This document shows, piece by piece, positions 50,175 through 61,429 of a DNA stretch of 64,000 bases (the first letter of the stretch is position 1; the number at the start of each line of letters is the position of its first letter). Source of the DNA: Squalus acanthias (taxonomy: Eukaryota); NCBI GenBank assembly GCA_030390025.1, contig CM059432.1, positions 79,796,001 to 79,860,000 on the forward strand, given 5' to 3'. The notes beneath the pieces were generated by a model. The model was not told the origin of the DNA. It did not search any database and saw only the letters and a program-made list of their open reading frames with translations. The position numbers and the translations under genes are program-made.

Positions 50175-52490
50175 GAACACGACAATGAGAGTATGAGAGT
50201 AAGCTTGCAGGGAACATAAAAATTGACTGTAAAAGCTTTTATAGATATGTGAAGAGAAAAAGATTGGTGAAGTCAAGCGTAGGTCCCTTGAAGTCAGAAT
50301 CAGGGGAATTTATAATGGGGAACAAAGAAATGGCAGACCAATTAAATACATACTTCGGTTCTGTCTTCACAAAGGAGGACACAAATAAACTCCCAGAGAT
50401 GTCGGGGAACATAGGGTCTAATGAGAGGGAGGAACTGAAAGAAATCAGTATTTGTAGGGAAATGGTGTTAGGGAAATTGACGGGATTGAAGGTCGATAAA
50501 TCCCCAGGGCCTGATAATCTACATCCTAGGGTACTTAAGGAAGTGGCCCTAGAAATAGTAGATGCATTGCTGGTCATCTTCCAAAATTCTATAGACTCTG
50601 GAACAGTACCCATGGATTGGAGGGTAGCTAATGTTACCCCACTATTCAGAAAAGGTGGTAGAGAGAAAACGGGGAATTATAGACCGGTAAGCCTGACATC
50701 GGTAGTGGGGAAAATGCTAGAGTCCATTATAAAAGATGTAATAGCAGAGCACTTGGAAAACAGTGACAGGATCGGACAAAGTCAACATGGATTTACAAAA
50801 GGTAAATCGTGCTTGACTAATCTACTGGAATTTTTTGAGGATGTAACTGGTAAAATAGATAAGGGAGAACCAGTGGATGTGGTGTATTTGGACTTTCAGA
50901 AGGCTTTTGATAAGTTCCCGCATAAGAGATTAGCGTGTAAAGTTAAGGCACATGGGATTGGGGGCAAGGTATTGACTTGGATAGAGAACTGGTTGGCAGA
51001 CAGAAAGCAAAGAGTTGGAATAAATGGGTCTTTTTCCGAGTGGCAGGCGGTGACTAGTGGGGTACCGCAGGGATCGGTCCTAGGACCCCAGCTATTCACA
51101 ATATATATTAATGATCTAGACGAGGAAATTGGATGTAATATCTCCAAGTTTGCAGACGACACAAAGCTAGGTGGGAGTGTGTGCTGTGAGGAGGATGCCG
51201 AGAAACTCCAGTATGATTTGGACAGGTTGGGTGATTGGGCAGATGCATGGCAGATGCAATATAATGTGGATAAATGCGAGGTTATCCACTTTGGTGTCAA
51301 AAACAGGAAGGCAGATTATTATCTGAATGGCAATAGATTGGGAGAAGGGGAAGTGCAACGAGACCTGGGTGTCCTTGTACACCAGTCGCTGAAGGTAAGC
51401 ATGCAGGTGCAGCAGGCGGTGAAGAAGGCAAATGGTATGTTGGCCTTTGTAGCAAAAGGGTTCGAGTACAGGAACAAGGATGTCTTGCTGCAGTTGTACA
51501 GGGCCTTGGTGAGACCACACCTTGAGTATTGTGTGCAGTTTTGGTCGCCTTATCTGAGGAAGGATGTTCTTGCCATGGAGGGAGTGCAGCGAAGATTCAC
51601 CAGGCTGATACCTGGGATGGCAGGAATGACGTATGAGGAGAGATTGGGTCGATTGGGCTTATACTCACTGGAGTTTAGAAGAATGAGAGGGGATCTCATT
51701 GAAACTTATAAAATTCTAACAGGGCTAGATGCAGGAACACGGTGGCATAGTGGTTAGCACTGGTGCCTCACAGCGCCAGAGACCCGGGTTCGAATCTGAC
51801 CTCGGGTGACTGTCTGTGTGGAGTTTGCACATTCTCCCTGTGTCTGCGTGAGTTTCCTCCGGGTGCTCCGGTTTCCTCCCACAGTCCAAAAATGTGTGGG
51901 TTAGGTTGATTTGGCTATGATAAATTGACCCTTAGTGTTAGGGAGGATTAAATATGTGGGGCGATGGGATATGTTAGGGGGAATTAAATACGTGGGGTTA
52001 CGGGGGTAGGGTGGGATATGTGTACTGTGGGGATTAAAGCAGGGACAGGGTACTGGATTTGGATGATCAGCCATGATCGTATTGAATGGCGGAGCAGGCT
52101 CGACGGGCCGAATGGCCTACTCCTGCTCCTAGATTCTATGTCTATGTTTCTATGAAGGATGTTCCCGATGGCCGGGGAGTCCAGAACCAGGGGTCACAGT
52201 CTAAGGATAAGGGGTAAGCCATTTAGGACTGAGATGAGGAGGAATTTCTTCACCCAGAGAGTGGTGAACCTGTGGAATTCTCTACCACAGAAGGCAGTAG
52301 AGGCTAATTCATTAAATATATTCAAGAAGGAGTTAGTTATATTTCTTAAAGCTAAAGGGATCAAGGGATATGGAGAGAAGGCAGGGACAGGGTACTGAAT
52401 TTGGATGATCAGCCATGATCTCATTGAATGGCGGAGCAGGCTCGAGGGGCTGAATGGCCTGCTCCTGCTCCTATCTTCTATGTTTCTAAT
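50175..52490 (+). mobile_element. Young 5'-truncated CR1/HER1 LINE with an uninterrupted RT ORF, split by a SINE
   Basis: 502-aa ORF 50249-51757 (NYRPVSLTS, QHGF, DFQKAFD, GVPQGSVLGP, FADD); the C-terminus resumes at 52155-52398, followed by the 3' UTR. Confidence 0.95.
51736..52154 (+). mobile_element. HE1-type V-SINE inserted in CR1 ORF2
   Basis: Near-identical to the reverse complement of 25134-25569. Confidence 0.92.
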
Positions 52491-52699
52491 CTGTTGCTTA
52501 CTGGCATCAGATATGCTCCATGTTTCCTTTGAAGTTCGAACTGGGACAAAGAACTCCAAATAGTTATTGTTTTTCCTTATGTTTGTAACTAGGACAAGTA
52601 AAAGCCATCAGGCCCATATGTGCTCGCCCCATTTTTTGTCACGTTGCATTCCCATGTGCTCCGCCTTCTTTTCCCAACACCTCCTGCGAGACATATGAA

Positions 52700-53360
52700 A
52701 CATACGTAAATGATGGACAGGAAAAGACCTACTGGTTCATCGTGTCTGTCCCGTACATTGTGATGCCTTATGCACTCATACACTCCTCACCCATCTGGAG
52801 CCATGTAATCTCCTGGTAGAGGTGAAAAAATAGATTAAAAACCCAGGTCATATAGGGGGGAAAAAATTGAAAATTCCTCTCTGACCTCCTTAGGGAGTCG
52901 AAGAGGAGATCACATTGGTCATGATTTATGTTATAGGATACCTAAGTACCTCTTGTACGAGGTGATCTCTGCCCCAGCCAAAAACATGTCTAGCTCTCGC
53001 TTGAAGGAGTACAACGAATCGGCATTCACCACACAAGCCAGCAACCTGTTCTACAGGTCCACTATTCTCTGGGAAAAGAAGAACTGCTTAACATTGAACC
53101 TAGTTCTGCCTTTACATAATTTATAAATGTGGCTCCTGGTCCTCCCTAACCTATCCAGTTGAAATAATTGGTCTACATAAACACAATATAGTCCCTTCAT
53201 TATTTTATAAACCTCGATCAAATCATCCCTAAGTCTACGCTTCTATAAAGTATAGAGACCCAGTTCTTTGAACCTATATGGGTAACTAAGGGGTTTTAAA
53301 CTGGGAGTTAATCTTGTGGCCCTCCTCTGTACCCTTTTCAAAGCCTTAATATTCCTAAGA
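52700..53360 (-). mobile_element. CR1 3' fragment of a different subfamily
   Basis: ALKRVQRRATRL...LGLYTL and a CR1-type 3' UTR. Confidence 0.7.
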
Positions 53361-54573
53361 GGCAACAAAAGAGACCTGTAGCCAATATAGGAGTACTCTG
53401 TGAAACATTCCTCTCCGACCCCTCGCAGGTGATCAGGCACCAAAACCCATTAGTTATTTTCTGGAATATGACATGATCATCTTGTTTTTTTTAAAAGTCT
53501 GTCTAATGCCTTCTTGAAGAACTGCAAAGAATCAGTCCTCACCACCACCTATAGAATCCTGTTTCACAGGTCATTCACCCTCTGAGAAAATAACATTTCT
53601 GGGCATCCACCCTCACTGTTTTCTCTGTTCATATAGTTCCACCTGACCCCATCACTTGAGGCACTGTATCTACTTGCATCATGGTAATGTCTTTAACAAT
53701 TTTAACTGTCTGGATCAAATCTTCCCTAAGTCCACATCTTTAAGTGAATGGAAACCCAAGGCATCAGTCTGTCTTAATAGCTGGGTATCCCCTATTGGCC
53801 TTATACATTTTGGATGATCATTTGTGATATCTCTAATGATGCTTACCATTAACTTCCCCACCACAGAAGTTAAATTCACTGGTCAATAGTTTCCAGTATT
53901 GATTTTTAACCCTTTTTAAAATAAGGACATCACATGTGCTAGATAATTAGAGAGAAGCATTACTTCAGTTCTCAGTGAGCTGTTGAAAATATTCACTCTA
54001 TATTCTTAAGAATGCTCTGCCTATAGAGTGAGTATGAACAGTCATGAATATCAACTGATGATTGCACATATTCTAGCTAGACTGCTCGCCAAAGTAACAA
54101 ATTACAATTAAATAAATCTTTAAATTATCCATTAGATTTAAAACGGAGGTGATTTGCAACCATGGAATTGCACAGCCTGATGTGTTTACAGACTCATAAT
54201 GGATGTTTGACACAAAATCACTTGTTACCTAATTGTGATTTCATTTTTGACTCAAAATGAGTAGTCATATAACAAAACAGGCAGATGTTTTAGATGGTTT
54301 GTGATTGATCTGCAGTCACACTTTATTTGCTTAAGATACTCTACCCCTGGAGTCTGAATGCAACGGCATCAACATCAACTGCTGATTGCATGTATATTCT
54401 AGCTAGACTGCCTGCCACAGTAACTAAGTTTTAATATGATCACCAAAACTCAGAAGCAGATATTAAAAATACAGGCTTCTGATTTGAAGTATGACCAATC
54501 GCCCTATTAGTCACACTGAGAGCCTGTGACAAATGCTTCTGCATTGTGGTGTTCCGAGCTGGCTGAATATTTA

Positions 54574-55436
54574 GGCCGCGATTTTTCAATGGAGGCGGGT
54601 TGGGTCCGGTTCAGGTGGTTTCCGGCTTCCAGTCCCGCCCCCAACTGCATCCGGCCCACAGACGTGATTTTACGTTGATTGATCTTGTTAAGCCCGCCCT
54701 GCGGGCTTGCTGGTCAATGAAGAGGAAGCCGGTCAGATGATGTCATTTGATGATGCGTCATCTGCTGGTTTTCTTAAAGGGACCACGCACATTTTTTTTT
54801 GACAGTTGATTTCTCAGTGTTTGACAGCATTGAGGTGCTGCAAACACTGACAATCACTGCACAAAGGTCACCTCTTGCACCCAGGCTCTCCAATGACTCC
54901 CTCCATAGGCTGGAATAGATGGCAGCTGCAGGTGAGGTGACAGAAGCCATCTGTCACTGGTGAGAGAAGTTCTCCCAATGAGGTGGCACTGGACATGGAT
55001 TTCAAAACTTGTAACCTAAAGAAATGTGTAAATGTATTAAAAATGCATTTCCCAACATTTTCTTACCTCTGAGACTCACCAGTGCAACATTGGATCCTTC
55101 ACATCACTTCTGCAGCTGTCATTAATCCAGAAACATTACAACAGACTCAGAGCACACCCCACTTACCTGGCTTGGTGTCCGGACGTCGGGAAACCCGAGC
55201 CAGAAGCGGCAAAATTCAAAAATAGCCTGTCAACTACTAGCAACCACCTGTTAACAGGCAGGTAATTGCCTTTAATCCTCTTCCTGCTGCTAGGTGTCGG
55301 GTCCATGCGCAAATCGGGGACCCGACACTTGGGAAAATTGTTTGGAGGCGGGATCGCAACCCGCCGTCAATCAAAACGATTTTAACCTTTGACCCGCCTC
55401 CAAACCCGCCCTCTAAGCGCTGGCAAAATCCAGCCC
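54574..55436. mobile_element. Harbinger-type MITE (863 bp), paralog of 31329-32189
   Basis: TIRs GGCCGCGATTTT / AAAATCCAGCCC, flanks TTA/TTG. Confidence 0.88.
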
Positions 55437-55512
55437 TTGGGTCATGAGTCTCACCACAAGTACCTGTACTATCTTGGTAAAATCCTATTTTTATGTAGAA
55501 CTAATTAAGAAT

Positions 55513-55734
55513 AAAAAACAGAAAATGCTGGAAACACTCAGCAGGTCAGGCAGTATTTGTGGAGAGAGAAACGTAGGGTTATGCTTCAGGTCGATGACCT
55601 TTTGTCAGGTCTTCAACCCGAAGTGTTAACCCTACGTTTCTCTCTCCACTGATGCTGTCTGACCTGCTGAGTGTTTCCAGCATTTTCTGTATTTATTTCA
55701 GATTTCCAGCAGCTGGAGTTTTTTGTTTTTCGTT
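55513..55734. mobile_element. Penelope-type mini-element with inverted arms and degenerate hammerhead cores
   Basis: About 63-bp inverted arms at 55519-55581 and 55627-55689; 15-bp TSD GAACT(A/G)ATTAAGAAT; homologous to 33569-33680. Confidence 0.75.
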
Positions 55735-56354
55735 GAACTGATTAAGAATGCTAGATTGCCAACTGTAAGTTAGTCTTTTAAAAGACTTTAAACTCAATGT
55801 ACAAAGTGCTCAACCAAGATGCTCTTTTATGCAGCACCAGATCTGAAAGAGTTTGGAGATGTTTAATTTCTTTGTGATTGTGTTGTGTTGTTCTTGGTCT
55901 CTCTGCTACCTCTTCTGGGATAAAGAACTAAGAACCAGACCCTACATACTGAGGGCATGGAGGTAGGAAGCTGATCTATCTAGAAGCTGTCACACAAGTA
56001 TGTGAATCTTGAGTTTCTTAAAGGTATATTAACTTGTGTTATCTCCAAGCCCAATCCCATCATTAACACAAATTGCATTCCATGTGAAGATTGAACTTCC
56101 TTCAAAGAATAAGGGACGTAATAATGACAGACTAACATTGGTGGGTAACTGAGTGTTTAAAGTTTCCTACTGGGGCTGTGGCAGTGGTGACTTGGTTTCC
56201 ACCCTTCTCTGGACATTCCATTGCTTGTTAAGAACAGCAAAGGAAAATTCAGCAATGGTCACTGCAGGTTAATGCCCTTAAGGATTATATTTTTTATCCT
56301 ATCTTTTGTGAAGTTTTTCTCAAAATCTTTTTTTCTTTTTTATGCCTTTTCTAG

Positions 56355-56386
56355 TTGCTAGTATGAATCCACGTGATATTGAACTG
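56355..56386 (+). CDS. CSPP1: CSPP1 32-nt small exon (VASMNPRDIEL)
   Basis: Long T tract plus CTAG acceptor, perfect GTAAGT donor. Supplies the phase 1-to-0 change needed between 39410 and 57203. Confidence 0.8.
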
Positions 56387-57202
56387 GTAAGTAAAATCTT
56401 GCTGTGAGCAGTTTTATGCCTATAGTCCTAAAAGAATTCCATACTCTGACAATAGACTGATAGCAGCATTATTTTCAAAGTAAAAACTATATACCTGTAC
56501 AGCATACTCCTCTTGATTCAAAGTTGCTTAATTCAAATTTTCTGTTCATTCAAATAAAAGTCTCCTGTGCTATTTTATTGACATTGCTGGATAACTTTGT
56601 TTTTATTCCAAGCAAAAATGACTTTGAATTAACAAAGCTATATGCTTGTGCAGATATAGCTGTTATATTCAACATTATTTCCATATTGTGGGCTAATTTG
56701 AAATGTTTCTAAATCTTTCACTTTACTTTTCAATTTTATAATCTCTCTGCACACTTATTCTGCAATCACGGGGGATTTATATCTTGGTGCCGTCCAACCA
56801 CGGATCATTACATTTTACACAAATAAATTGAATTCACTTACTTTCAAATTCAGTTTTGTCACAAGAGATTGGAGGAATATTTTTTTCTTTGCCCCTTTTG
56901 GTAAAATTGTAAAAATGTTTTTAATATAAATGGTTACAATTTAACTCCAAATGTGAAAGAAAATATTTTACTGCTGAGTTCCTTTTTATAAGGTGAAATG
57001 CTGAAATTTGCATAGTGTGTGTTGATTCAATATGCTGATGTGAATACTGTGTATTGAGAAAGTATTGCACATTGTCAAATGTTAGTTCACTTGAAAAGAT
57101 TTTAGTTTATTTATAATTATTCATTCTATTGTACTTGTACATATAATACTGCTTGCCATGTGTGTGTTTCCTATATTAATTCTGTGGAAATTACTTCAAC
57201 AG

Positions 57203-57266
57203 ACAAGGGATTCACACGACGACTTGATGAAAAACTCATTGCTCGAATCAGAAAGTGCCTTTATAG
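57203..57266 (+). CDS. CSPP1: CSPP1 exon (TRDSHDDLMKNSLLESESAFI)
   Basis: CAG acceptor, GTAAGT donor, 64 nt phase 0/1. KNSLLESxSAFI motif. Confidence 0.92.
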
Positions 57267-57355
57267 GTAAGTGCTACATTCCCAATCTCTGAAAACACTT
57301 GCAAAGGCACACTTTCAGAGCCCCTGTTAAATTCAATTTAACCTCTGTTAAACAG

Positions 57356-57465
57356 GAAGCCATGGAGAAACTTTCCCTTTTCCAGTGGATGTTGAAACAA
57401 CATCGTCTGAACTACCTCCACGAGAGAGACCCCGCCGCAATAAAAGTAGACTGGACTTTGATTCT
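57356..57465 (+). CDS. CSPP1: CSPP1 exon (GSHGETFPFPVDVETTSSELPPRERPRRNKSRLDFDS)
   Basis: AACAG acceptor after an 89-nt intron, GTATGT donor, 110 nt phase 1/0. Confidence 0.87.
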
Positions 57466-58433
57466 GTATGTTGCCTATTGATTTTATTATTGCTTTGTTT
57501 TATTTTGTTACTCTTTTCATTAATATAATCTTAGGTTGAATCTATTTTGCACTGCAACAATTTCTACAAGTTTGCTCCGAATTAATTTGGTACAATTTTG
57601 CAAAATTTTTAAGTAACTAAAGACTCTTTAAAAACTGTTTGAAAATAGGAAATCTTAGGAAATCTTAGTGATCATTAGTATATTTCTTATACATATTTTC
57701 TCTTGCAACTTACTTTCAAGTTTATATTGTACACACAAATGCTGGTGCCTTCACTTCAGTGCTATGCAACTCAAATAATTCTATATTCTTGTTGTTTTTT
57801 GTGAGGGTATCCCTCTGTATTCTCCCCAGTTTGCTGGCCTTCTCAAAACATACATCGTCTGTGAGAAATCACGCAACTGCTGTGAACTGGCTGCTAGGAA
57901 GTCAACAAGACTAAGATCAGGACTCGGTTGCTTGGGCAGCAAGCCTGTGTTCCCCACTGGTCTGTCGCAATAGATCGCTAGCCCACAAACTATAGCCCCA
58001 TTACAAACAATTCAACTTTATATTATTTCAGTCCAAAAGAGCAAGAAATAATTAGCTTTATGACATAAACCCGATGGTGGTTACTTTTTGTTGTTTTAGT
58101 GAATTTATTTTGCATAAATGTTTGAGATAACAGAATAATCTACATTCAGTTCCAAAAGAATTTTGAGTAGTGATATATAATAAAATTAATATACTGTTAT
58201 TACTGGTTATATTACTTTGTTTAGCAATCAACTTTAGCCTTTGTTAACGGCACTAAATACAGTGCTCACTATTTCTCATTCTTTTGCAGTTGCTAACTTC
58301 GTACTCAGTTGATAGCTTTGTAGGTTTTGAGATTTTCATGTTTGCAGTGATTGATAAGCAGTGCAGTGCTTTACTGTATGTACACTTGATGGCAAAATCT
58401 GATCATTCATTGTTTTTGTTTTATCAATGAAAG

Positions 58434-58569
58434 AATATTCGTCCTAGCATACAACCAGTACCACGATCAGACAGTATCTCTCTACACTCTGTATCCAGTT
58501 TTAATGTGGATCAAGTAAGAGCCAGGAATGAACAACGTATGAAACGTTTGGATGATCTTCAGCATTCAG
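58434..58569 (+). CDS. CSPP1: CSPP1 exon (NIRPSIQ...SISLHSVSSFNVDQVRARNEQRMKRL...)
   Basis: AAG acceptor, GTATAC donor, 136 nt phase 0/1. SSxNVD..R.RNExRM motif. Confidence 0.9.
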
Positions 58570-60494
58570 GTATACCTACTGATACCATTTTATTTAAAAT
58601 GGGGAAATATACTTCATATATTATCACACAAGAATTGACATTTCTTTTAAATTTGCAATGAACAAAAACATTACATAAAAAATGGGTGGGAATTTCTTCC
58701 TCTCCCTCTCCCAGGTGACAGTTGAGATACTTAATTCAGTGGCTAGCTGACCAATTTCAGTTTTCATGTTTGTAGTGACTGATGAGCAGTGCAGTAGTTT
58801 GCTGTATGTGCTAATTGATCCCAGGTTCATTATCCAATTTGTGATGAGATAACAAATCTCTATTGGGTAGCTGTAAAGGCATATTATTGAAATCAGCCCT
58901 CTTGGATTAGGGAGGGACAAATTGGTCAGGTTACCCACGACTGACCACTATCCACTAACTCCAGTTGGAGGTTTGCAATGATGCTCCATGCCCTTAAATA
59001 ACCTATTGACACACTGGGGGCAATTTTAACCTAACTTGTCCGTCTGGAAATTGATAGGATTGGGTGCAGCGCTGGTTTTACACCCCGCCCGATTTTACTC
59101 TCCATTGAAGTCAAATTTTAAGCAAATATATATTTCTTTTCGTCAGGCAGTGGGTTCCTTTTGAAAATGGGATATTGTCTTATTTTGTGACTATTTAAAA
59201 AGTGACATCACATTCATAACTTGTATATAAAAAAATGTATTTACCCTAAATTTGATTAGTGCCTTCCTCATGTCATCTTAAGTAACTGTCAAAGCATTAG
59301 ATTTATAACTATTGTGCACTTGAGCACTAATGTTCTTTGATGACTTTGCTTTTTTGGGTTTCACTAAACTTGATTTAGGGTCTTTCTCTCATTAGTTCTT
59401 TCTAATATAGGGTAAGCTTGAGATGCAACTCCTTATACTTTTAAGCAGTCATGGACACTGACTTTCAATCTCCAGAGTTAAACTTGTTAATGGTGGTCTT
59501 TTCTCAGACACCACACTCAAAAGCACATTGGGAACTTTGACATGAAAATGTGTGAAAATTTACAATAGTTTCCCGAAACAGTACGCTCAGTATTGATTCT
59601 GCTAAATTGTTGCAGTATACCTATAAATACTGTGAAGCAGTAAAATGTGGAACATATTGAAACTGACTTTTAGTTTACAGTTACATTTGTACATGTTTCT
59701 AAAATGGGTGAATGGAATCAGAATGCAACGGTGGGAATGTATTGAGCACATATATGAAGTATGTGGATGTGAAATTGTATTTTTATTTGAAGGAAAAGGA
59801 AATCCTTCCTCTCACACCAATCTATGCTGAACTATGTAATACAAAAAAAAATGCAAAAAATCTCCTACCTGATAGGAGGTATCCTTATTTCTGTTGTTTA
59901 TTTTAAAGACTTTCCTAGCACCAGTGAGATACTCTATTGAGACCCAATACAAGTGCATTAAGCAAGTAGCTGTCAAAGGAATCCCAGGCAAAGCCATTGG
60001 AGATGAGCCCTAATGCCAATGAGGAGGTGCCTGATGTGGGCCCTTTTGCCCCCCTCCCCCAAAGAGCATTCAGTTGAGCCCACACTGCTGTTGCATGGCA
60101 TTCTCTATCCCTGGTATAATAGATGCCAGCAGTGACTCTGTGGCATAAGAGCAGTTTCATTTAGGTGTACACGTCTGCACTGGTCTACAGGAAATAGATT
60201 GAGCAGCATAGACATGGCAAGTGACCCATGGATGCCAGGCTCCCTGAATCTCAATTAGAATTAGCATTTTCTAGCAGGTAGATTTTTAAACTATTTTAAG
60301 ATTACATAGATATGGGAGGGAGGAGGAAGTCCTTTATGCTGATGCTGTGCTGCCGTCCTTTTATTTTGCCTCTTTGGTCATTTCACTAAATAGCAACAAT
60401 GAATTAGAATTCTTATTTGAAATGAAATTCCTGAAATCTGTGGGAAAGGTTTGATTATTATACTATTGAGTTGACTTTTAGCTTTCACTGCCAG

Positions 60495-60718
60495 GTAATA
60501 ATGTTACAGTGGAAGATGATGACATTCTGAGCCAGTTCATTTCAAAAGATAATGAAAGACCGAGCTCTGTTGAAACAGTGGCTACTGAGGTATGGCTACG
60601 ACCAGGAACATCAGAAACTTTAAAGAGGTTTATGTCTGATCATACACAACTTGACTGTGGACCTACAGCCAACACATCCTTCAACTGGAAGCAACGCCAT
60701 TCTACAGCACATGACTGA
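60495..60718 (+). CDS. CSPP1: CSPP1 terminal coding exon (...SVETVATEVWLRPGTSETLKRFM...STAHD*)
   Basis: CCAG acceptor ending 60494, TGA stop at 60716-60718. WLRPGTSETLKRFM and STAH match the CSPP1 C-terminus. Confidence 0.95.
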
Positions 60719-61160
60719 ATTGGCTGGGAAAATTAGACTAGAGACTATATGTGCCTTTAGTAGGAAAAATTGTTTAATTGCAGACTCTTGATGCACTTTC
60801 CGTTATTTAGGTACTTACATTCAGGATGTTGTATATGAATGTTTTTCTCTGCTAACCAGCATGTGGCCTTGAATAAACAAAATGCAAAAAAACCCATAAA
60901 TTATCTTATATCCATGTTTGTTGTTGATCACTGAAGTGTGCTCAATAGTAATATTTCACATGGATCATTATTTCACAAAATTACACTGGAAAAAGTCAAA
61001 ACAAATTTTGCATCTTGGTTACTAGACCAGGCACTAACCAGTGCTGATGGCTGAATGTACTATTTATGCATCATTGTTCTGTTTTTCATTCCTGCATTAT
61101 TCCTTAATTTATGTTGGTAATTAATTTGTTATAATGAAGGTGTGTGCAAAACTTAATAAA
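60719..61160 (+). terminator. CSPP1 3' UTR with two candidate polyadenylation signals (AATAAA at 60872-60877 and 61155-61160)
   Basis: Canonical hexamers downstream of the stop codon; T/GT-rich sequence follows the distal one. Confidence 0.65.
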
Positions 61161-61429
61161 ATTCTATTTTTAAGTGTACGCCTTGTGTATTTTTAAAAGC
61201 GAATATCATGAAATATCAGTTTCAGTTGCCACTTGTAAAGTGTAATACAATTCTTTTGTATGGGGAAGGAACAAGTATTCTAATTTCCCTTCTTCCTCCT
61301 AATGATAATCCTGAGTTCATGCCCCCTTATTACCAGCTAGCCAAGCAGTAGAAATAATCATTCACTATTTAACTTCAAAATCTTTGATAAATCCAAAAAA
61401 CCTCTATTAGGTCCTCCCTTTTCTTAGAA

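Noticed and set aside
50896..51520. Antisense ORFs over CR1, L2 and Harbinger coding regions throughout the ORF track
   Set aside because: Shadow frames of transposon genes with no independent signals.
55519..55689. Conserved host miRNA gene
   Set aside because: The hairpin is explained by inverted arms of a TSD-flanked Penelope-type repeat.
57299..57481. 60-aa ORF from the ORF track as a separate gene
   Set aside because: It overlaps the CSPP1 exon 57356-57465 in a different frame; the spliced frame matches CSPP1.
59015..59115. Further Harbinger MITE starting GGGGGCAATTTT
   Set aside because: Only one end is visible, with no partner TIR or TSD, so it is too weak to list as a feature.
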